Assembly (NCBI RefSeq): GCF_000354175.2
Contig: NC_022349.1
Coordinates: 1,350,001 to 1,382,000, forward strand
Direction: 5' to 3'
DNA: 32,000 bases
From: Vibrio alginolyticus NBRC 15630 = ATCC 17749
GTDB lineage: Bacteria; Pseudomonadota; Gammaproteobacteria; Enterobacterales; Vibrionaceae
Every line of letters starts with the position of its first letter. Positions within the stretch are counted from its first letter, which is position 1. A program made the position numbers and the translations under genes. Under the pieces are notes generated by a model. It had not been told where the DNA came from and ran no database searches. It saw nothing but the letters and a program-made list of their open reading frames with translations. Positions 26,360 through 32,000 of the stretch are shown here, in pieces.

Positions 26360-27874
26360 CTATGCGCCTTCGTTATGAAGCTCTAGGTTTGCTAAATCCT
26401 GTTGGATTTCAAGTTGTGTTTTCGCATCATCATTACGAAGACCATCTAAGAAATCTAGGTATTGTTGGTCGATATCACCCGTTACGTATTCGCCGTTAAA
26501 CACGGAAGTATCGAACTGAGTAATGTCTTGGTTTCCAAGACCTACAGCCTCTACCAAATCTTCTAGACGTTGATAAATAAGCGCATCGGCACCAATCTGC
26601 TTACAAATTGTATCGTTGTCACGGCCATGGGCAATAAGCTCTGTAGCACTTGGCATATCAATGCCGTATACGTTCGGGAAACGAACTTCAGGAGCCGCTG
26701 AGACCATGTACACTTTCTTGGCACCAGAATCACGAGCCATCTCAATAATCTGCTCTGACGTTGTACCTCGAACAATAGAGTCATCCACCAGCAACACATT
26801 CTTACCTTTGAATTCCGAACGAATAGCATTCAACTTGCGACGTACTGATTTCTTACGTTGTTGCTGGCCAGGCATGATAAACGTACGTCCAACATAACGG
26901 TTTTTCACGAAACCCTGGCGATAAGGGATATCGATCGCTTGAGCGATTTGCAGTGCAATGTCGCAAGACGTTTCAGGGATAGGAATGACAACATCGATAT
27001 CAAGGTTTGCGTAATCTTCACGAATACGTTCGCCCAGCTTTTTACCCATTTCAACGCGAGCGCTGTATACCGAAATTTTATCGATGAACGAATCCGGACG
27101 AGCAAAGTACACGAACTCGAAAATACAAGGGTTAAGCTTAGGATTATCTGCACACTGCTTCGTGTAAAGCTCACCGTCAAACGTTGCGTAAATCGCTTCA
27201 CCAGGTGCAACATCACGGACGAAATCAAAACCGACCGCATCCAATGCCACCGATTCAGACGCAACCATGTACTCTGCTCTGCCGTTAACTTCACGCTTAC
27301 CTAAACACAGCGGGCGAATACCGTGTGGGTCACGAAATGCAATCATACCATGACCAATGATCATGGCGGTCACAGCATAAGCACCGCGAATTGTGCGATG
27401 AACATTGGTGACTGCGCGGAATACGTCTTCGGTCGTGACATTTCCTTTTACTGAGTCAATTTCGTGCGCCAGTACATTTAGTAATACTTCAGAGTCTGAA
27501 GTGGTATTGATATGACGGCGATCTTTTTCAAACAGCTTCTGACGAACTTCGTTAGCGTTGGTCAAGTTACCGTTGTGGGCAAGTGTAATACCGAAAGGAG
27601 AGTTTACGTAGAAAGGTTGAGCTTCTGAAGCACTTGAACTGCCTGCTGTAGGGTAACGAACATGACCAATTCCGACCTCGCCTTGCAGGCGCTGCATGTG
27701 TCTTGCTTCAAATACATCCTTGACTAAACCGTTCGCCTTACGCAGACGAAAACGATTGCTTTCTATGGTACAAATACCAGCGGCATCTTGGCCACGATGC
27801 TGTAACACCGTTAACGCGTCATAAATAGACTGGTTTACAGGCGTTGTGCCCACGATTCCAACAATACCACACAT
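26360..27874 (-). CDS. purF: Amidophosphoribosyltransferase
   Basis: 504 aa; N-terminal nucleophile MCGIVGI, Ntn glutaminase domain, PRTase loop [13 protein letters not shown]. Confidence 0.97.
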   Translation of the reverse strand: MCGIVGIVGTTPVNQSIYDALTVLQHRGQDAAGICTIESNRFRLRKANGLVKDVFEARHMQRLQGEVGIGHVRYPTAGSSSASEAQPFYVNSPFGITLAHNGNLTNANEVRQKLFEKDRRHINTTSDSEVLLNVLAHEIDSVKGNVTTEDVFRAVTNVHRTIRGAYAVTAMIIGHGMIAFRDPHGIRPLCLGKREVNGRAEYMVASESVALDAVGFDFVRDVAPGEAIYATFDGELYTKQCADNPKLNPCIFEFVYFARPDSFIDKISVYSARVEMGKKLGERIREDYANLDIDVVIPIPETSCDIALQIAQAIDIPYRQGFVKNRYVGRTFIMPGQQQRKKSVRRKLNAIRSEFKGKNVLLVDDSIVRGTTSEQIIEMARDSGAKKVYMVSAAPEVRFPNVYGIDMPSATELIAHGRDNDTICKQIGADALIYQRLEDLVEAVGLGNQDITQFDTSVFNGEYVTGDIDQQYLDFLDGLRNDDAKTQLEIQQDLANLELHNEGA

Positions 27875-27910
27875 GTCCTAATCCTCGATTTGCGACAGTA
27901 GCTGGCACTA

Positions 27911-28402
27911 CTAGATAGTGCCAGACAGAAAACTTGATGTTGCTTGTAAATGCTCGAAGAATGGGGCGATGATACGGCTGAACTCAGGGATCAACTGTGA
28001 ATCTTTCCACCAATCCGAGCTTGGGAATGCAGTAAACGCATCCATAAAAAACAGCACCGCAGAAACAATTAAGACTCCGCGTAGACCACCAAATACAATC
28101 CCGAGAATTCGGTCCGTACCTGATAGCCCTGTTTTTTGTACCAGTTGACCAATGACGTAATTCACCACTGCACCAACTACCAAGGTTGCGACAAATAACG
28201 CCGCAATCGCCGCTCCGTTACGAAACATATCATCTTCGATGTTGGTGAAGTACACCGCCAATTTGGCATAGTAATTACTGGAGATAAAAAACGCTCCGAA
28301 CCAAATCACCAAAGACAAAGCTTCTTTAGCAAAACCGCGAACTAAACTGATCAGAGCTGAAAATCCGATCACACCTAAAATGATAAAATCTATCCAATTC
28401 AT
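27911..28402 (-). CDS. cvpA: Colicin V production membrane protein CvpA
   Basis: 163 aa, four TM helices, MNWIDFIILGVIGFSALISLVRGF start; upstream of purF as in E. coli. Confidence 0.93.
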   Translation of the reverse strand: MNWIDFIILGVIGFSALISLVRGFAKEALSLVIWFGAFFISSNYYAKLAVYFTNIEDDMFRNGAAIAALFVATLVVGAVVNYVIGQLVQKTGLSGTDRILGIVFGGLRGVLIVSAVLFFMDAFTAFPSSDWWKDSQLIPEFSRIIAPFFEHLQATSSFLSGTI

Positions 28403-28449
28403 CTTTTCTTCATCTTAAGTTGGCGCGCATTTTAACAGAAAAAATGCTG

Positions 28450-28465
28450 ACGCAAACGTTTTCTT
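28450..28465. promoter_or_regulatory. PurR operator of the cvpA-purF operon
   Basis: ACGCAAACGTTTTCTT matches the 16-bp PurR box consensus ACGCAAACGTTTTCNT at all specified positions. It lies 48 nt upstream of the cvpA start. A -10-like TAAAAT (minus strand, 28434-28429) is 15 nt downstream of the box. Confidence 0.75.
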
Positions 28466-29057
28466 ATGGATTTAATGGCTTAAATTTAAGCAATTGACCT
28501 TTTGAACCTGTAATTTTTTGTAATTCTTGAACTTGTCGTTCAAGTTTACTTTTTGACACATCAGGGCCAACAATCACTCTCGTAAACTCGTTTTCTTTCT
28601 TTGTGTGAGCTTGATAACCACGCTTTTGCAAATCCGCGACAAGCGCGACAGCATTTTCGTGATTCTTAAGTGCCATCAACTGAATGATCCAAGCTGAATC
28701 TTCATATTGATTTTTCTCTTGAACAGGACGAGTGACGACCTCAACTTGCTCTGGTTGTTTGATGACCTCAGGTTTAGATGTTGGCGCTGGCTCGGGCTCA
28801 GAAACGGCTACTTGAGCATCCTCACGTTCTTGCACTACAGCTTCAACCGGAGAATCCGGTAACGTAATGTCGTCTTCCACTGGCTCTAATATTTCGAAGT
28901 TTTCCACATCACTATCAAGTTCTGGTTTGATAGGAATACTGGCAAATTCTTCTTTGTAGTGCAGTTTCTTACCATCTAGCACATCGGGAAGAACAATGAC
29001 TCCGACTGCGACTAGAATGATGGTGCCGACTAAACGACTTTGGAATTTACTTGCCAT
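28464..29057 (-). CDS. dedD: Cell division protein DedD (SPOR domain)
   Basis: Start at ATG 29057 (MASKFQSRLVGTIILVAVGVIVLP, as in E. coli DedD; SD AAGGT). C-terminal SPOR domain (WIIQLMALKNHENAVALVADLQKRGYQAH). The ORF-track TTG at 29060 adds one residue. Confidence 0.9.
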   Translation of the reverse strand: MASKFQSRLVGTIILVAVGVIVLPDVLDGKKLHYKEEFASIPIKPELDSDVENFEILEPVEDDITLPDSPVEAVVQEREDAQVAVSEPEPAPTSKPEVIKQPEQVEVVTRPVQEKNQYEDSAWIIQLMALKNHENAVALVADLQKRGYQAHTKKENEFTRVIVGPDVSKSKLERQVQELQKITGSKGQLLKFKPLNP

Positions 29058-29071
29058 CAAAATACCTTTAC

Positions 29072-30334
29072 TTATTTATTATTTGATTGCCAATGTTCCA
29101 ATACCTCTCCGACGGTATGGAATGAGCCAACCACCAGAATAACGTCTCCTGTCTTTGCGTGGCTTCTCGCACTCTCGAAGGCGTCAACAGGGTTTTCAAA
29201 ATGAACTTGCCCATCAGGTAAGTATTGGCACAATTCATCAGCGGTCGCCGCTCTCGGTCCAGTAAGCGACGCTGGATACCATTGTGTTGCAACTGGAGTT
29301 AGAGCTTCAATGGTTGCTTTAATGTCCTTGTCATGCAGCATTGCAACCACAATATGGATATTCTTACCCAGATATTGTTGCTTCACTCTCTCTACCAAAT
29401 ACTCAGCAGAGTGCGGGTTATGAGCGACATCAAGGACTATTTCAGGTTCGTGATGCAGTACCTGCATACGCCCCGCCAAACGAGCATTATTCAAGCCATT
29501 GACAATATTTATGTCAGTGATTTGCAATTCCGAAGCCCCTAGTGCCATCAGTGCAGTGGCTGCATTTTGTAATGGTAGCGATGGGATTGGTAAATCCTCT
29601 AACTCAAATGCCCCACTGCTCCATTTCCAACCATTATCAGTTAGTTGGTAATCGTACTGAATACCTACTTGGAAGAACTCAGAACCAATATCGTCAGCAT
29701 GAGCCGCCACGGTCGCTGGTGGCGTCGGTTGACCACAAATTGCTGGCTTCCCTGAACGGTAAATGCCCGCTTTTTCAAAACCAATAACATTGATGTCATC
29801 ACCAAGCCAATCCACATGATCGATCGCTAAGCTCGTAATAACAGAAACATCATGGTCAACAACGTTAGTGGCGTCTAGACGGCCGCCAAGTCCTACTTCA
29901 AGTAAGACAACGTCAACTTTCTCTACTTGGAAAATACGTAGCGCAGCAAGCGTACCGAATTCAAAGAGGCTAAGGCTAACATCACCACGCTGCTTTTCTA
30001 CATAATCGAATGCTTCACAGTGCTTGGCATCTACAACGTCAACGCCATTAATGCGTACACGCTCGTTGTAACGAATCAGGTGCGGAGAACTATAAACACC
30101 GACTGAATAGCCAGCATCAAGTAAAATGGCTTCCATTAACGCACACGTTGAGCCTTTGCCATTGGTTCCGGCAACGGTGATTACGGTTGGAGCTGGTTTG
30201 GTAAGATTGGCTTTGTTTGCTACCGCTTGGACACGGTCTAAGCCTAGATCAATTGCTGAGGAATGAATATTTGCTAAATAATCAAGCCACATCTCTAATG
30301 AAGATGTGGCTTGAGGAATTGGGTTTTGGGTCAT
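29072..30334 (-). CDS. folC: Bifunctional folylpolyglutamate synthase / dihydrofolate synthase
   Basis: 420 aa; Mur-ligase P-loop VAGTNGKGST and the SSPHL motif. Confidence 0.95.
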   Translation of the reverse strand: MTQNPIPQATSSLEMWLDYLANIHSSAIDLGLDRVQAVANKANLTKPAPTVITVAGTNGKGSTCALMEAILLDAGYSVGVYSSPHLIRYNERVRINGVDVVDAKHCEAFDYVEKQRGDVSLSLFEFGTLAALRIFQVEKVDVVLLEVGLGGRLDATNVVDHDVSVITSLAIDHVDWLGDDINVIGFEKAGIYRSGKPAICGQPTPPATVAAHADDIGSEFFQVGIQYDYQLTDNGWKWSSGAFELEDLPIPSLPLQNAATALMALGASELQITDINIVNGLNNARLAGRMQVLHHEPEIVLDVAHNPHSAEYLVERVKQQYLGKNIHIVVAMLHDKDIKATIEALTPVATQWYPASLTGPRAATADELCQYLPDGQVHFENPVDAFESARSHAKTGDVILVVGSFHTVGEVLEHWQSNNK

Positions 30335-30380
30335 CTAACTTTAACCATTAAATTCTTTGGTTTTTATGTTAGTTGATACT

Positions 30381-31307
30381 TTACCCTTTTTCGTCCGCTT
30401 CTGGTACAGAATATGGCTCTTCATTTGGAGATTCGTTAACCGAAACCACCAAAGGAGACTTGTGGTTAGTCATCTTAGCGATAAGACCACCCACACGCTG
30501 ACGCATTTCACGACGGTCAACGATCATATCAATAGCACCGTGATCAAGTAGGAACTCACTACGCTGGAAACCTTCAGGAAGATCTTCACGTACAGTTTGC
30601 TCGATTACACGACGACCAGCAAAGCCAATGAGGGCCTTAGGTTCACCGATGTTGATATCACCTAACATAGCCAAACTTGCTGATACACCACCCATTGTAG
30701 GGTCAGTTAGAACAGAAATAAACGGCAGACCTTTTTCTGATAAACGCTCAAGCGCAGCACTGGTTTTTGCCATTTGCATAAGAGACATTAAAGCCTCTTG
30801 CATACGAGCACCACCACTTGCTGAGAAACAAACAAGCGCACAGTTATTTTCAATGGCTGCATCCACTGCTTTCACAAAGCGAGCACCAACGACTGAACCC
30901 ATTGAACCACCCATAAAGGAGAATTCAAACGCACACGCCACAAGCGGCAGACCAAGCAATTCACCCTGCATCACAACTAGCGCATCTTTCTCACCGCTAT
31001 TTTTTTGTGCAGCAGAGATACGCTCTTTGTATCGCTTAGAATCTTTAAATTTCAGTTTATCCTGTGGCTCAAGTTCGGAACCTAATTCAACTCGATTACC
31101 TTCATCTAAAAATGTTTCCAAACGACGACGCGCTTTCATACGCATGTGATGGTTACACTTTGGACAAACTTCTAAGTTACGCTCTAGTTCAGCATGGTAT
31201 AAAACCTGTTCACAAGAGGTACATTTAGTCCACACACCTTCTGGGATAGAAGCTTTGCGTGAACTTACTAGATTGCTTTTCTCTAAAATCTTTTCAAGCC
31301 AACTCAT
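30381..31307 (-). CDS. accD: Acetyl-CoA carboxylase carboxyltransferase beta subunit
   Basis: 308 aa; N-terminal zinc ribbon CTSCEQ...CPKCNHH and the carboxyltransferase core GGSMGSVVG...SGGARMQE. Confidence 0.96.
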   Translation of the reverse strand: MSWLEKILEKSNLVSSRKASIPEGVWTKCTSCEQVLYHAELERNLEVCPKCNHHMRMKARRRLETFLDEGNRVELGSELEPQDKLKFKDSKRYKERISAAQKNSGEKDALVVMQGELLGLPLVACAFEFSFMGGSMGSVVGARFVKAVDAAIENNCALVCFSASGGARMQEALMSLMQMAKTSAALERLSEKGLPFISVLTDPTMGGVSASLAMLGDINIGEPKALIGFAGRRVIEQTVREDLPEGFQRSEFLLDHGAIDMIVDRREMRQRVGGLIAKMTNHKSPLVVSVNESPNEEPYSVPEADEKG

Positions 31308-31504
31308 GGAAGACCTTTTCTCTCAACTCTTCCGCTTCATTGCGAAAGATATAAATTCGACATAATACCGACGGATTAAACCATATCTTGCAGCTACTGT
31401 AGATAAAAAACTGGTTGTACCTATTTTTGATATCGTAAATAGCGTATGTTTTCCGTTCACATTCAATATAAACACTACCGATATTTTGAAATAAGTTTGT
31501 AAAA

Positions 31505-32000
31505 TTAGTTCAAATTATCTGGTAAAAACAGTGGACCGATCGGCACTTCAGGTAACCCAAACTCTTCTGGGTAGTCTACATCTACCAGGTACAGACCTTC
31601 CGCTTTCGCTGTCGCACCCGCTACTTTGCGATCTTTGGCGTCTAATAACCACTTGATCCATTCAGGACTCTCTTCGCCACGTCCAACTTTTATCAAGCTA
31701 CCCGTGATATTACGAACCATATGATGCACGAACGCATTGGCTTTAATATCAATAACCACATAGTTTCCATGGCGCGTAACGTTCAGATGCATCAAGTTTC
31801 GAAATGGACTGCGAGACTGACAATGCGCCGCGCGAAACGACGTAAAATCATTTTCGCCGAGTAGGAACTGCCCTGCTTCATGCATTTTTTTCTCGTCGAG
31901 CTCACCATGATAGTGACTAACCCCCGAGTTTAAGATGCCTGGACGTAAAGCATGATTGAAAATAATGTAACGATAACGGCGCGCTGTCGCTGAGAATCTT
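31505..32000 (-). CDS. truA: tRNA pseudouridine(38-40) synthase TruA; N-terminal part lies beyond the window
   Basis: The frame stays open upstream of the ORF-track Met to the window edge ([57 protein letters not shown]), matching the TruA core. Confidence 0.93.
   Translation of the reverse strand, partial: RFSATARRYRYIIFNHALRPGILNSGVSHYHGELDEKKMHEAGQFLLGENDFTSFRAAHCQSRSPFRNLMHLNVTRHGNYVVIDIKANAFVHHMVRNITGSLIKVGRGEESPEWIKWLLDAKDRKVAGATAKAEGLYLVDVDYPEEFGLPEVPIGPLFLPDNLN

Noticed and set aside
26563-27304. ORFs of 88-148 aa overlapping purF in other frames or strands (26563-26829 -, 26616-26897 +, 26858-27304 +, 26905-27294 -)
   Set aside because: These are shadow ORFs of a highly conserved 504-aa enzyme gene. 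Their translations are low-complexity and R/S/L-rich, and they have no start context.
29068-29292. 74-aa ORF overlapping the 3' end of folC on the same strand
   Set aside because: It is an out-of-frame overlap with the conserved folC C-terminus. No SD or motif supports it.
30628-31149. 173-aa ORF antisense to accD
   Set aside because: It is entirely inside the conserved accD coding sequence on the opposite strand, a typical antisense shadow frame. Its composition is Ser/Ala/Pro-rich and it has no SD.
31395-31414. TACTGTAGATAAAAAACTGG as a LexA (SOS) box upstream of accD
   Set aside because: Only the left half (TACTGT) matches. The right half should read ACAG at N8 spacing but reads AACT.

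Overview
The window reads as core chromosome of a Vibrio-like gammaproteobacterium. The organism call is inference from gene content, codon usage and roughly mid-40s percent GC; no database search was possible. All product calls rest on motifs read from the translations and on remembered family sequences.

I support about 30 protein genes, tightly packed. There is no rRNA, tRNA, CRISPR array, transposase, integrase, phage gene or long repeat.

Three blocks keep E. coli-type gene order:
- sppA-ansA / yeaC-msrB / gapA-yeaD (1-7131)
- apt-dnaX-ybaB-recR (19383-23084, minus strand)
- truA / accD-folC-dedD-cvpA-purF (26360-32000, minus strand)

Between these blocks lies lineage-variable but unremarkable filler:
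- a Cache-type chemoreceptor, rlmA and a ChaN-like lipoprotein
- an orphan 119-aa protein and a PhoA-family alkaline phosphatase
- an RHH protein with a VOC/glyoxalase and an ABM monooxygenase pair
- a large MscS-family channel, and ycgN, a yeaQ-like gene, a YkgJ-like gene and aqpZ
- ybaN, an RssB-like response regulator and a LysR regulator

I did not find convincing evidence for a novel multi-gene system (defence, secretion, toxin-antitoxin or mobile). The least explained stretch is 11.34-12.35 kb. It holds an orphan acidic protein with a hydrophobic C-terminal tail, flanked by long ORF-free DNA that carries a promoter-like motif and an orphan terminator (candidate sRNA).

Other points worth checking:
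- a complete dnaX -1 frameshift signal
- a textbook PurR operator overlapping the dedD stop codon
- a Pho-box-like promoter on the phosphatase gene
- a likely missed 43-aa membrane ORF upstream of ybaN
- a possible ATT start for ybaN
- several intercistronic hairpins and palindromes
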